The position numbers and the translations under genes were made by a program. From NCBI GenBank assembly GCA_043228905.1, contig JBHGNT010000018.1, positions 15,190,001-15,254,000 on the forward strand: a stretch of DNA of 64,000 nucleotides, in the 5' to 3' direction. A model generated the notes under the pieces. The model was not told the DNA's origin. It saw only the letters and a list, made by a program, of their open reading frames with translations, and ran no database searches. Shown piece after piece: positions 1 to 14,496 of the stretch; position 1 is the first letter of the stretch; each line of letters opens with the position of its first letter. The stretch is from Azolla caroliniana (taxonomy: Eukaryota; Plantae; Polypodiophyta).

Positions 1-2279
1 TTCAAACTACTAGCCAGGGTGGAAGTCGTTGATAAAGTGATCACATTACAGGATTTATAAAGCTAGTTGTTTTTGTAGGCATTTCTGTTGTGAAAGGTTG
101 AGGGCTAATGTGGAAAAATGAAGTTCGAAAAAGTTGGATACTCTGAGATGTTGTTTATATGTTGAGTATGGTCTTCAGTACATGCGAAACCAAATGCGAA
201 CATGAAGTTTTCAAACTACCAGCCAGGGTGGACAATCAAGAGCTTTAGCATATGCGGAATCAACTTCAGCTAACTTTGTCTGCAACATGAAGTTTTTAGA
301 GACCATGGCAAGGGTCAAAGGAAGATGTGTTTTAGACGCTTCTAACTACAAATGTGGCCATTTGGAATGAAATCATGATAGAATGGACGTTTCGATGAAG
401 CATTGACTGGTTTTTACATGCTGAAGATTGTTTTCACCTTTATATGTGGTCTTCTAGCTTGTCGTAGCAAAGGCGTTATTGGCAAGGCTGAGAGTTGTAT
501 TCATGGATTATAATTATCCTTATCTTGCCAAATGCCAAAGCTTATATTTGGTCTTGTCTTTGATAATATATACTTGTGGAGATGAAACAATATTATATAC
601 TATTTGTATACTGCCTTTGGCCTTTTATTAATACCAATGGAGCATATGTTTGATGGAAAAAATATGTAACTGAACTTCCTAGAGTTTACTCTTGTGATGA
701 TAAGGTCAATGGTTTGAATTTCCTTTTGATCATGAAAGGAACATGTGGACTTTAGTAGGTCAAATAAAGGTGATGGGATAATTAACATTTTGCTCACATT
801 AGGCACATTAGGATTTACTATTTTTATTTGCATGAGGGGCTCCAAGGACAAAAAAGCTCGTTGTTAAGGTGGAAGCTTTGTGGGGATTTCGATTGGGCTT
901 AGGGTTGCGAATAAAGAGAGCGTGTGAGACCAACAATGACAAGAGGCAACAAAGTCGTCGTCTATGGGGATGTTGCACCAAAGTTAAGGAACCCCCCTCT
1001 GAAGCTCTCCTTGCAAATCATATTCTCTTTTATCTTATTTACTTGCAATATAAGCCACGAGTGCCATGTAACAAAGTTGAGTTCATCTGGTTTGTATCTT
1101 ATTCTAATTGTAAGTTCGTAACTTTTATGTAATATGCCTTTTTAATATCCAATAAATTAATTTTTGTAAAACTATTCTCTAATGTAATCGTGATTGAACA
1201 AGGATCATGCAATGATTTTTCAGCTCAAAATTTTCAGAATGATGCATGAAGATACATGAATTTTGGTAAAAATCGACGAGAATGAATTCTGGGACACTAC
1301 ATCAAAAGGCTTGTTGTACCAACACTAAGAATATTCTATGAGGATTGCATCAAAATTTTCAGAATATGATTCTGACCATCAAGAAAAAAGTTATGAGCAT
1401 ACAAGAAATTTTGGATGGCGAGAGTCGAGTCCGCCACACTATGTAGTCGACGTCCCATCCACAGAATGATGCCAAACAAAACAAGGGCCAAAATCATAAT
1501 ATTAAAAACTCCTAAATATTCCTCCAATGGGAAGGGGTTGGATTCAAAAATCTTGAAAATTAAAAAATTAAAAATAATACTAGCAATAAGAAAATTAATA
1601 TTAAAATAAGTAAATAAATAAAAAGTTTTTCCTCAAATTGAGGAAAGTTGTGGGTTTTAGGTTTTGGGATTGGTGGATCTCGGAATATGCAATTTGGCAC
1701 AACGTGGTTGAATATTCAATCCTACCAAGTGCGACTCATTTGTTTAACTCATCAACTGTTAAACATAAATTTCTATTGGTACTCTTATATTTACTTTTTA
1801 GATATCTTATTTTAATCATATTGTGTGCATGAGGGTGTGGATTTTTATTCCTGTTATCACATAAATCAACGATTGCCATTTGAACTATATGTTCCTATTA
1901 ATCATAATTGATTCAATGTGTCTAATTTGAGGTATGTGAAAGTAAGATATTTGGGTTAGATGAGGTGTCAAAGGAGACATGACGCATCGGAACCTTGTTG
2001 AGCCCCATAGGAGAATTTGGTTCTCTTGTAGAATGTCATCAATGGAAGAAAAGCCCTTGTGAAAGGCTCTCCACGAGAGAACATGCTCATTTTCTCATGG
2101 AACCTAAATAGTTCTTCTTAGGTGAAGGACCAAGTGAACCACTTGTCATCCTCTTGTGAAGGTGGTCCATATGAGATCACACGCGTTCTCTTGTAAAGCC
2201 TTCACAAGAGAATATGCTCGTGCTCTCTTGCACATAGCTTTGGTTCGCTCCCCTTATTACTAAAGTTAACCCCCATCAC

Positions 2280-2845
2280 CACCACACACACACACAAACA
2301 AACAACCCAAAGTTGAGAAATGCCTGAAATACCCCTACCCCCCTAACAAATGTAAACATAGTACACACACATAAATATATGTAAGCACATACGTACATAC
2401 ATACATATAAAATGCACAATACATCTAGATTCTACACACACCAACATCCTAAAGTGTATTCCTCGCCATCACATTCACAACAAAAATATTCATATCTATA
2501 CACATAGAAATATAAATAAGGCATGTACATACTTACATACATATGAAATGCACAATACTATTATACTATACACACCATCCATTCACACACAAAAGAAAAC
2601 TACACCACACATTTCTCTCTTTACAAATACACAGACACATTGAAAACATTCACATCAAAGCACATTCACATTACAACATATGCACATTCCCATGTAGCCA
2701 CAAATGCATGTTTACACACAACCCATGTGCATATCATATCAATTCATGCATACACATTAATGCATAAACACATACTTACACATGCACTTGCACACATTTA
2801 ACACTTTCATGCGCACACATCCACATTTGTACATACACAAACATT
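2280..2845. repeat. CA/ACAT-rich low-complexity microsatellite tract
   Basis: Dense (CA)n and (ACAT)n runs; the His/Thr-rich ORFs here are compositional artefacts. Confidence 0.7.
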
Positions 2846-3029
2846 CGTGCATAAATATTCGAGGTCGTGGAAACAATTACGAGTATTATTCGAGCATAAA
2901 CATTTGAGCTCACGTAGACAATAGCAAGTATTAAACTAGGATGGGTCATGATTCCAAGTGTTCCCATACACACCAAAGAAGAGAGATAATCATGAGCATT
3001 GTCTTGTGCAAACTTACATTCTCGGTCCT

Positions 3030-3310
3030 TGCTAGGAATCAACAACAGTCTAGCTTCTACTTAACCAGTTTGGCTTGTCTGGTTAAGTCTTAACTACTGT
3101 AGGAATATTCAAACTTGAACCAAACCAAACCCTAAAGCAGATAAAGCTTAACCGATTTGGCACTGCTCAAGCTAAACCAATTGAGCTCAAACCAGTTAAT
3201 GAAGCTCAAGCCTGAACTGAGCCAAGACAAACCGTAAGACCATTTATAAAGGGTTTAATGGCTTGGTTCCCATTTGAGGCTAGCCGTAGTTGACTCCCAG
3301 TTCCTGCAAA
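3030..3310. mobile_element. Putative MITE-like non-autonomous DNA transposon
   Basis: Internal AACC/GGTT palindromic motifs and loosely inverted ends (TAGGAA...TTCCTG). Its left part aligns by eye to the reverse complement of 29540-29635. Confidence 0.4.
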
Positions 3311-4849
3311 CACTGCTAATGCAATTACTTCAAATCACATCATCCTTGGTCTAGGACCTTAGTGGTCCTTCTCACATTTTTTGCTCACACATTCGTGGGA
3401 CACAGAGCCGGTTGACAAGTCTCAAAACTATTTATTATGACAAGTACTTGGTGAATCCCATGCCTTCCACCCCATCAATAGTTGCCAATGCAGAGTTTTC
3501 ATTGTGATTCATAGCAAAATATTCAGTATAGTTGTAATGATCAAAGTTAGTGGAATAGTTGGGGAGATTTTCGCCATTTGTGGCATAAATCTTTTTATTG
3601 CAACAATATGCTTTGATGTGGTCTCTTAGTAATAATATCACCAATTGTCAATAGTGAGATGCTTATTGGTCATGTAAGTAATTACAGCTTCCTACTCATT
3701 CGTCACCTATCACCCCATAGCACCATCAAGGCCTATGTCCATGTAAATGTTTCAAACCTCAAGGGAAATTTCAGATCCATTCACTTGTGCTACAATCTCT
3801 TTATAGTTTTATGTAATTGGACAATGACAATTATTTGTTTGATAAGAGTATCGTTTCTCTTCATCATAGAACATGACATCAAATATAGTTTTCATAATTC
3901 TTGAGTTTTGTGACTTAAAACTTTTTTTTTATCCTAAGTCAAGGAAAAGTTTGGGACGTTTGCTAAACATTGCCATAAATTAGGTATTTCCAAACTCTTA
4001 AATTACAGAAAACAAATACTGAAATAATAAGACTTGGACCTATCTGCACAATAAAAAATGACAAGCTAACAACCATTATACTCACAAATTTAATGCGAAA
4101 TAAATCAAATGATCCAATGACCTAAAACAAATCAGATTAAATTGACACAACAAAAAATTCATGCATGGTCAGTTAAAGCAATTCAATGACACATGTTTCC
4201 CAATTCCCAAGTCTTGATGCATGCTCTAGTATGTAAGTCCAAACCAGTTGTACACCCCCATAAAAATTCCAAGCCAAATCAGTTGCTTCTTTACTTCTGG
4301 CAATTCTCTCATCTGAAACGGATACCCATACATTGGAATAACAAGAAAGCATGTGCTAAAGCATAAAGTAAAAGCATTGCCATTATATATCACATAAACT
4401 TTAGGTATCCCCACAAAGAATTGCCTTAGATATTGCAACGGTACCTCTGAATTATTAGAAATTTCAAATATGAAATGTTGATGCACAAGAAAAGCTCATG
4501 CTATGCAACCGTAATTTCAAGTATTAGGTCACTAGTTACAAAATCTTGTTTATAATTTTAGATTGAGATCATGCTCAACTATCTCTCCTAGATTGCTTCA
4601 TATGATTGAAATTTAACATTTTTCAACTAATTGTCCTCAAAAGTTGCTCTACTACATTGACAAGTTGTCTTCTTTGAGACATTATAAAATTCTACACCAT
4701 CGGCATTGACAAATATTTACACTCGTAACAATTAACATTGACTCAAAAAATAATACTAGATGAAAAAAGGAAATGTAGGAAAATGAATTTTATTATAAAT
4801 GAAAAACAAGAGCTACAAGAATATGTCAAGGACTAGCATTGGACAAAAT

Positions 4850-6150
4850 GGTTTGATGACATTGAGGTCTTTCATATATGTTGTACTCATAGTCTTATGG
4901 ATGTGCACCACCTAGTTAGTAGTGATGAATGCATTAAAGTTATCTATCACACAATGTGCTACAAGTATTTTGTATGCCCTTTACACCATCCCCCTCCTTC
5001 AACAATGAGTTGCACAAGTCACAATGCAAGGACGATGAATTTACCGCACAAGCCAGGGCTTTAACAGATTCTCCAAGGGTTCCCAAGTTAGATCACTAGG
5101 TGTATAATCTAATTAATTAAGGAGGGAGTATAACTTGTTGTATATGATCCTAGCATCCAAAATCAGTTTGGTCTTGAACTTTGTCCATCAACAATTTGAA
5201 CAAGTAATAGGGATGGAACTACCTTATTGAAATGGAGCTAAAAGCACAAGGTTTTAACAATGAGACAGTCAAACACTAAGTGGATACAAGTATGTGAAGG
5301 ATGATCTTATTAGATAATCCATTGTCTAGTATTATCACAAATGTGTATAGAATGCTTGCGCCTTGAAGTACCGGGAAGCTCTTTAGCTATAGTTTCTCAC
5401 ACGTTTCAATTTCTTGAGCACATATAATGTGAGGATACACCAAAGAAAGTAGATGCTCTATCTCAACATTTATGTCTTGTACCTCGTCCAAGAGAGCTAG
5501 TTTGTGACCCTCCAAATCAAGTTATCTCACTTGGAATTGCTTATGACTAATGGATGACAAGTAATATCTTTGACATGCTCATAGATTCAAGTATTACTTG
5601 TTGCATCGGTATAGAGATATCACATGGAAGTTTTTGCACCAGACATCTTGTACTTTATTCGAGAACGTGGATTATGTTTAGTTTAGCTAGCACGACTGGT
5701 TGCTCTTTCAAAACAATATTTTATACACTCCTGTTGGTCCTTGTCATCATCAAATCTTGCAATAGCAAAATATTTGTGGATATTTTGGAGTCCACAAGAC
5801 TTTAGAGTTGCTAATTTGAAACTATTGAGGGCCGGTTTGCTAAAGACCATGTTTGCACATGTGATGCTTATTGACATTCTAAAATGCCTCGATATCGCCC
5901 ATATAGGTTGTTGTAGCCATTACCTTTGGATGTCATTACAAATCTCTTATCTTCCAAAGGTTCTAATGTCATTCTCATGATGATGGATTGTCCCACTAAG
6001 ATGATCGATTGCCTTCCATGTAGCAAAATTATCATGTCATCTATTAAGTTTTTAGATGACATTATCAATGATAGTTTTGCATTATCCCCATACCACACAA
6101 ATAAGTTGTCTGCTAATTGCCATTGTCTTCATTCTACACCAACTAACAAC
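4850..6150 (-). pseudogene. Possible highly degenerate gypsy integrase remnant
   Basis: Minus strand near 5150-5200 reads QIVDGQSSRPN, resembling the PQTDGQSER integrase motif; otherwise broken by stops. Confidence 0.25.
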
Positions 6151-8344
6151 ATGTCAAGTTGGGATTGTGTGGTTGTTATGACGTAACCATCAAGCCATTG
6201 TTAAGCTAGATTATCAACATCTTGTCCATTAGAGTCAAGGATCATGTGTGGTTGTGACATAATGTGAAGACATGTGTACCATGTGACAAGCTAGATTATC
6301 AATATATTGGTCAGTATCCATGTCCACTCAGTGTTGTTTCTGAAGCCTTATGCCTTCATTTCCATTCCAAATCAAGTTGCTCCTCTCCACCTCCTAATCC
6401 ACTTGTTCATGGGCCAAAGTACAAGGTTGAAGTTGATATAGACTTGAATATCATCCACAACAAGTTATTATTACCTCACACATTGGTCAGGTTAAACAAT
6501 GAATGATCTAACTTGGTAGCATATGTAAACAATATTGTTACTCACCTAACTCTTACAACAAATCTCATCATCAATATCTTAAAATCCAAGTCCCAAAAAC
6601 ATTTTGTACTCAACATTGCAATAATTTGCATGATAATTATTCTAGCATCTCACATAATGATAGCCAAATGGCATATGGAATGCACAAAGCTATGGATACT
6701 AGATACAAGGCAACACAAAACGACTTCATAACATTAGTCTTTAGTTAATCATGTTTTTATACTCTTATTTCTACTTGTACCTAAATAATAAAAAACATTC
6801 TTACCTTTTTCCTTTCCAATATTTAGTCTTGCTTTAATGATCAACCTTGTAACCTCTCCTCCGGCTACCACCCGCAAACTGACGGCCAAGCAGAACGAAC
6901 AAATCAAACTCTGGAGCAATATCTTCGGTACTTTCTAAGCTATCATCAGGATGACTAGGCGGATATTCTCCACTTCGCCGAATTTGCCTATAATAACTCT
7001 GTCCACTCATCGACTAAAGTTATGCCATTTTATGCTTATACGGGTTGTCACCCCCGGTGGTGTTTCATGACACCGGCTCCTTCGTTCAAGACCTCGGTGG
7101 TCCCGCCCCATTCCAACACATATACGCGGATTACCGCGACATCATCATTAATTAACGTCAAATCAACCTTCAAAATTTCTATTATTAACCCACTTCTGAT
7201 GTTAATGATCCATTTTTTCTCAGGCATCGACCAAAGCACTTAAGAGTACTCATGCATTGTAAGTGTTATGTGAGCATATACACATTATGTAAAGAGGTTC
7301 ACGATATCTTTATTAAGATTTTTGAAGGATCTGCAAAATCTTTGTAAATCACCTTTCCCATCACTTGTAAGGTGTTTCCATACTTTCAGTTTCCTTGGGT
7401 GAAGTAATTTGACCCAACGGAAGAATATAACGTTCAATTTTCGGAGTTCTAGGGAAAACTCGAAAATTGTTTCGCCTCAAGCGAGTTGAAGTACACATGC
7501 CAATGTGTGATTCTTTCCATCGATTTGAAACATGTTGTCAATTCTTTTTTTTTTCTACCTTCAAAAGTGGCCTTTTAATAAAAAGGAATGCAAGAAAATA
7601 TTTGTGGTTTGCAAGCTACGGTGTGCTCCCGTCCCGTGCCCTCACTTACTACTTTATCTGTAATGCACATAATCTCGAGCCTAGTGGACTCATGCTAATT
7701 TATTATAAAGTTTGCACAAACCACTACGTCCGTTGGAGTCATACCCCCTTCGAGGAATAGCATAAATAAATGTGACACCTTAACCAACTTCGAAAAGAAG
7801 GTAACATAAAATGGGGTGAGCGGTGCATTGCAGTTCTCGAAGATTAAGCACTCACATAATTTGCCCAAATTTTTTATGTAACGGTTCAAGTTTCCATCAA
7901 TGGATTCTTTCTTTCAAATGGGGATGAAAGTTGACCATGATTGCAAAACATTAAATAATCAACTAGATATTATTCGATAGTGAGACCTTGTCTTTTCAAT
8001 GGGTACCTCTATCTTCGTTTTATTTTTAGTACATTTTATGTCCATCCACCACAATGGACTACTATATTTGAAAATAAGTGCCCACAATTAAACCTACCCT
8101 ATAGATTTAGCATGGATTTCATCAAACATTGGAGTGTGCCCTAATTGAATACTTTGTATGTAAGGCCAACAAATACATGGAAATGGCAATCATCTTTGTG
8201 GAAAAGTACCCATGGCAAGAAGATCACATAGCATAACTAATACAAATGATTCTTGGAAGTCCATAACTCAAAAGACCAATAACTTTTTCGTGTCATTCAA
8301 GCTACTTACACTTTCTTAATTGAAGTTTAAATTGAGGCCATGGC

Positions 8345-8960
8345 ATTACATACATACATAATTGAAGTTTAATTAGAGGCCATAGCATGCATGAGCATCT
8401 TCAAAAATTAATGGTGGGCTTGCATGCACACATACTTACAAGTTACATACATACAAACACATACATACAAACACATACACATACATACACACATACATTC
8501 ATAACATACATACATCCGCTCACATACAGACAAACATGCATACAAACACGTCTAGGTACATATGTATATACATACAAACACATGTACACACATACATACA
8601 CACATACATACATCCGCTCACATACAAGCATGCATACAAACACATCTAAATGTATTATATACGTACAAACAAATGTACACATACACACATTCATAACATA
8701 TATACAGACAAATAACATACTTACATACAGTCATGACTCATAACATACAAACAAACACACACACACGTACGTACGTTCATACATTCATAACATACGTACA
8801 GTACATATATACATTTTATGCATTACACACACACATACATACACACACATTCATAACATACAAGCAGTACATTGGACACATTATGTACATAGATACATAC
8901 ATTGTACATATTACATACACAGACATACATTACATAGCATATGCCACACATTGCCGGCAT
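8345..8960. repeat. (ACAT)n/(CA)n compound microsatellite
   Basis: Continuous catacata/cacaca runs downstream of the FLA gene. Confidence 0.85.
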
Positions 8961-9628
8961 TTGCATATATGAACATGGCATATGCTAGATCGTCACGAAT
9001 CAATTGTGAGCTTAACATACGCCTTAGAATCAGAAATCAAGAGATTATCCAAAAACAGATCAGGTATCAAATGCCTTTATTTACAAAACAAATAGCCATT
9101 GAATAGCAAGACTTGTGTAAAATGTACTTATAATCTCCGAAAAACCAGAGATTATAGGAATCATGGATCAAAGCTTATACACCAGCGAGATAATAAAGAA
9201 AACAACAACAACAACAACAACACCAATAATATATAATCAAATCATGCGTTCAAAAGAAATAGTGGGGGAAAAAAATGGGGCCCTAAGGGAGGAAAGGAAA
9301 GGAAGCGTGGCCGAACAGAAGAAAGACATGGATGGGGAGCTTGGCCAATAGAGGAGAGGAAATGGAGAAAGGGAATTCGGAAGAGGAAATCGGTCTTCAT
9401 GGTGGACAGAGTGAGTTCTAAAAGGGGCAAGAAAGGGGATCTGAGAGATGGAAAGGGAAAGGAAGAAGCCTAGTACTAGAAGGCGGAGGAGGCTGTGGAG
9501 GGGATGGGAGTACTGAGAAGAGGAAACCCGTGGTGTGAGGGGAGGGGAGGGGAGGGGAGGGACCTAGGGTTCGGATATCTTCTCAGTAAGGAAGGAGGAA
9601 GGAAGCGATGAAGGGTGTCAGGTTGTTC

Positions 9629-10513
9629 TCAAAAGAGGAAGGAAGCAGCAGCGGAGGCGATGGCGATGGCGATGGCGAGCGTGGAGGAGAGTGGGGAAGG
9701 GAGGGGGGCAGAGAAGGAAGGGCTGCCAGAGGGAGAATTGGAAGATGGAGAAGAAGAAGAAGAGGAGGAGGAGGAGGGGGAATCAGAAGCAGGACCAGAT
9801 GTAGGAGAAAGGGCAGAGGAAGGGGAAGGAGCAGGCGATGGCGCAGGGTTTCCGAAGAGGTCGACAGGGATGAGGACTTGGTCAATGGAGAAGATACTGA
9901 CCGGGAAGGTATTGGAAGGGGTGTTGGTGACGGGGACATTGTTCCAGGCGGTCAAGACCCTGACCACGCCGTTGACGAAGGTGACGTTGAGGCGGTAGTT
10001 GCCGCCGACGGGGGCGTTGTAAGAGGCGAAGGTGGAGATGACGGTGTCGTTGGTCTTCTGCAGGTCCGCCAGGGAAGTCCACTGGTTGAGGGCGTGGTAC
10101 TCCAGCAGGCTCTTCAGCTGGTTGCCGTCGGTCACGTTCTTGAGGAGCGACGCCGCCGGCTCCGACGTGAAGGCCTTGTTGGTTGGGGCGAAGATGCTGA
10201 TGCCTTTGCTCGTGTCGTTGGCCTGCCGCTGGAACAGCACGTCCACGCCCGTCTGGTTGAGCAGCGACACGAACGTGGCGTAGTCGCCCGCGTAGATCAG
10301 CACCTGCGTTATGTTCACGAATTCCGGCGCCGGCGCCGGCGCTGGCGACGGCGACGGCGATGGTGATGGCGATGGCTGAGCCCATGATCCGTGGATGAGG
10401 ATGAGGGATGCCATGGAGAAGATACTGAGCAACCGCACCATGTCACTTGGTGATGGTGATGGTGCTGCCATGTATAATGATGATGATGACCTCATGGGAG
10501 AATTGGCCACCAT
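9629..10513 (-). CDS. FLA: Fasciclin-like arabinogalactan protein (single FAS1 domain, predicted GPI anchor), intronless
   Basis: Hydrophobic signal peptide (MVRLLSIFSMASLILIHGSWA), SP/AP glycomodule repeats, FAS1 H1 motif (GISIFAPTNKAF), EYH motif, H2 motif (IFSIDQVLIP), Ser/Pro-rich AGP region and hydrophobic C-terminus. The ORF track starts at a TTG (10564); the first ATG is 10513 and 10441 is an alternative start. Confidence 0.93.
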   Translation of the reverse strand: MVANSPMRSSSSLYMAAPSPSPSDMVRLLSIFSMASLILIHGSWAQPSPSPSPSPSPAPAPAPEFVNITQVLIYAGDYATFVSLLNQTGVDVLFQRQANDTSKGISIFAPTNKAFTSEPAASLLKNVTDGNQLKSLLEYHALNQWTSLADLQKTNDTVISTFASYNAPVGGNYRLNVTFVNGVVRVLTAWNNVPVTNTPSNTFPVSIFSIDQVLIPVDLFGNPAPSPAPSPSSALSPTSGPASDSPSSSSSSSSSPSSNSPSGSPSFSAPLPSPLSSTLAIAIAIASAAASFLF

Positions 10514-10606
10514 TGCTAAACTTGCTTGCTTGCTTACTTGGTTTGTGGTAGACAGAGGAGGCAAATGCCTTCAGCAGCAGGGGAGCACACAGAACACAGA
10601 ACACAG

Positions 10607-10607
<1 letters not shown>

Positions 10608-10653
<46 letters not shown>

Positions 10654-10662
10654 TGTGTGTGT
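10608..10662. repeat. (GA)n(GT)n microsatellite in the FLA 5' leader or promoter
   Basis: Perfect GA run followed by a GT run. Confidence 0.9.
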
Positions 10663-10859
10663 GATGAGATGTTAGCTGATGAGGGATGGGAGGGAGGATG
10701 CAGCTTGCTGTAAGTTGGGTAGATATATGTATGTGTGTTGTGTTTTGAAGATTTATCTTCTTATTTTTGTAGTGTTTGTTGGTGGTTGTGTTGTGTGGTG
10801 AAGTGAAGCAAGGGATTGTATTATTTTTGGTACATACATAGGGAGAGAGGGGAGGGGGG

Positions 10860-10865
10860 CTGTTT

Positions 10866-10903
<38 letters not shown>

Positions 10904-11116
10904 TTTGTGTGTGTTTTAGAGAGTTTCTGTTTTAGAGAGAGAGTGCTTTGTGTGTGTGTTTTAGAGAGAGAGAGAGCTTGTGTTTGTGTTTTAGAGAGAG
11001 AGCTTGTGTTTGTGTTTTAGAGAGAGAGAGAGCTTGTGTTTGTGTGTGTGTTTTAGAGAGAGAGAGAGAGCTTGTGTTTGTGTGTGTGTGTGTGTTTTAG
11101 AGTGAGAGTGAGAGCT

Positions 11117-11149
<33 letters not shown>

Positions 11150-11170
11150 TTTAGAGTGAGAGTGAGAGCT

Positions 11171-11203
<33 letters not shown>

Positions 11204-11330
11204 TTTAGAGGGAGTGTGTGTTGAGAGAGAGAGAGCTTGTTTATGTGTGTGTTTTAGAGAGAGAGAGAGAGCTTGTTTATATGTGTGTTTTAGAGAGAGA
11301 GAGAGAGCTTTTATGTGTGTGTGTGTGGTT
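10860..11330. repeat. Compound minisatellite [TTTTA(GA)n-CTT-(GT)n] upstream of FLA
   Basis: About a dozen reiterations of ttttagagagag...cttgtgtttgtgtg. Confidence 0.9.
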
Positions 11331-11481
11331 TTGGTCACCCCCCCCCTGGAGAGCCAGCCCCTTCCAAGTGTGAAACCAAATCTCCCAGCTGTCGACTGTA
11401 ATCTTATAATCTTCACTACTTTTCTTTCATTTTCCGTTTTTCTTTTTATTCCTTTTTTCTCTTTTTGTTTTTACTTAAAAT

Positions 11482-11785
11482 TACATACCTGGTATCAATT
11501 TGTTTTCTTTTTCTTTTTCTCTTTTACCATTTTATTTTTTTAACACTATTTAACTTAAATTCATGAAAACCTCATATTGCTTTACATACCTGGTATCAGT
11601 TTGTTGTCTTTCCTTTTCTCTTTTTTACCCTTTATTTTTATTAATATTATTACCGTAAATTCATGAAACCTCATTGATTTGTGTACCTGTCTCAGTTTGT
11701 TTTTCCTTTTCTTTTCCTTTTTTACCATTTATTTTTTCATATTTATACTATTAACTTGAATTCATGAAAACCTTATATAGCTTTT
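11482..11785. repeat. Three diverged ~100-bp T-rich tandem copies
   Basis: tacctggtatca...aaattcatgaaa(a)cc recurs starting near 11482, 11583 and 11680. Confidence 0.7.
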
Positions 11786-14496
11786 CCCAGCCCCCCTCAA
11801 CTTTCATCTAATTTTCCTGTTTGTTTAGTTGTTTGTTATTAAATAATTTGGCTTCACACTCTTTTTTGGTTAGAGAAAGTGGGGTTGGGGATGAGAGGAC
11901 CTTGATTAAAAAAAGAAACGGAAAAACAATTCTATAAAAAAACCCAATAATCCCTTTAAAGTTATCTTCTTACAACATGACCCTCCTCCCCTCTTTGCTT
12001 ATAATGTTGAAGGCCACTGGACACTTGAATTGTGACATGCAAGCGGAAATGTTGTTGGCACACATTGTATGTATGCTTACGTTCATCGTATGCACAACGT
12101 AGACAATTGCAATCGGGACGAAGCAAAATGGTTTGTACATACATTGTCCGTTTGACACGGCAATTGTTTTTGTTCTCTTTCGTCGTGCATGCATTCACGC
12201 CGACATACAGTAATACCATCATGCCTTGCCTGTCTTCATTCTCGTCGAATTTAAAATTGTTCTCTGCAAGTGAAATTTATTCATTCCCAAAGGGGGCCAT
12301 CCCTCTCACTTTGCTCAACACAAACTCTTCAATACATAATTATTTCTTCGTTGTTTGTTGCTTTCGTACATCATCATATTTGTTGCCATATACAACTCAC
12401 ACCCATCTCCTTTTTCTAAACTCCACATTTAGCCTACTCAACCATGTTGCCCAAATTCAAATCTTAACACACTGGCTACCCTAGCATATTGCATTGTCGT
12501 CTTCTCTGAATGATGTTGCAACTACCCTCTCGTGCATACTCTTCACGCCTAAATGAATGGCATCCAGATCACTATCCCCTCCTCTCTCTTTTGTCTCTAT
12601 CCTTTTTTAACATATCCCTTGCCTAATTATGAGTTTCTTATGTTTGACCTTTGTTAGCTCGAGAGTATCACGTTTGATTATGCATGGCCACATACTCTCA
12701 CAACAACCTGTACATTAGAAGCATCAGTCGTCCTCATGTGCGTGTTGTAGTCGGCACATATTAAAAATGATAGTTTACAAATAATATGAGCATATATTGG
12801 GTGCATAGTCACATTATTTAAGGTAATCCTTCATGTGTCCCATTAGTCGTTGCTTGATGTGTCGCTTACGTATTACTTTTATTTTTCAATTCGCATCATA
12901 TACATCACATGCAAACTTTTAATGGCTCTCTCTCTCTCTCTCTAGTGGTCGTCATGGGAGGTGAAAAAATATATATCTATGATTGTTAACTTTTTCTTTT
13001 CTAACATAAACGTTAGTTGGCATTTCTTTGTCATTCATTCACTTTACCTTTGAGCTAACCAATAAAGATTTGAATTTTGAAATAGAGGAAACATGTGATG
13101 TGGATTATATCCGCAATAGGTCATGGATACCAAGGCTTCCTATTAATGGGCCTCCATGGCTTTGCATCCCAAAAGACTAGTGTTTCAAATGTCTAGCCAA
13201 CTTCCATGTTAGCTGAGCTGTCCGCTCTTAATCGGACATATAACTCTACATGCATTATTTTTAAGAAATCAACTTGCCAACTTTCAACCTAAGACTTTCA
13301 CAAAACAAATGATTGTATCACTTAAATAAAGTCTTCACCACGCCTATCGATCATAATTATTTAGTCACATTGATATTGTGGTGTTCCTTTCCTTATGTGC
13401 ATTTCACAATATATTGGTGCTTCTTGATGATTTTGATACTAGATAGTGTCATACTACCTTAACATGTGAATACATTATATTCTCCTATAAGTGATCACAT
13501 AAAGTCATGAAGGATAAGTTGAAAAATTGTTTGGAGATAGGCCCACAATCTGTTGGGTTGGCAATCAAGACTGGACTACATAACACTTATACTTTAATTG
13601 TTCATTTGAAGCTCATACATGGTAATGGTCACATATTATGTATATAAAACAATATGCGACATTGATTTACCAAGCTGTTTATCATACTCATCTCCTACCA
13701 TAGAGACAAGATGACATCACCAACCATCACTACATGAAATCAGACTGCTTGATTAAGGGTTGGCTATTTGATTTACTCACACCACATTGGTGTGTGAGAA
13801 AGATCTTATTGAGGAAAATAAAATTTTATCACTCTATGAACTAGATGTTGTCATGAGGTTCTATTGACACATCCCCTTATCCTTTCCCCCATTAATTTTG
13901 CTTTCACATGTTAGATTGTTAGCCGTTTGACAAATACATGTGTAAACGTTTTTGTTGAGATCTCAAGCTCAATTAAGTTTAGTCGTTTAGTCAACCATAT
14001 AACTTACTAGCTACATAGATAGAATCTAATTTCAATGTTGACTATAAAGGTTTTGTTCCTAGTATTTAAGTGGGAGATCCCTAGATTCCCCACTATTGAG
14101 TTCATTTAATGTAGGACTTACACCCTTATACTTATATTCTCCTTACACATGTGCACCCTTGCACATGAGATGTATATATACCTCATTGTGGGTATTTTTG
14201 TAACTTGATGATAACCTTTTAACATAAGTAAGAGTTCTTTGTGCTACACTCGTTACTCATCCCCCATTTACTATTGATAAGTGTAACTTCCTCTCTCTCT
14301 TCCTCTCACACACACATATACACACATATCACATAATCTTCTGCAACTTAATCACACACGTGATTAAATACTCACATAATTAGATACTGTGTTTGACACG
14401 CCGACGACAAATCTGGCTATCCACTACAGCAGTGTCGCTACGTTGCACAAGTACGTAAACGAGGGAAGAAAACCCAAAGGAAGATACTACACCAAC

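Noticed and set aside
8387-8972. His/Thr/Tyr-rich and Val/Cys-rich ORFs
   Set aside because: Translations of microsatellite DNA.
9583-10385. Alternative-frame and antisense ORFs over FLA (e.g. 252 aa on plus)
   Set aside because: Shadow ORFs of a GC-rich, repetitive coding sequence.
11962-12222. SWIM zinc finger or MULE remnant (PDCNC...CQQH)
   Set aside because: The motif is imperfect and no transposase core or TIRs are visible.
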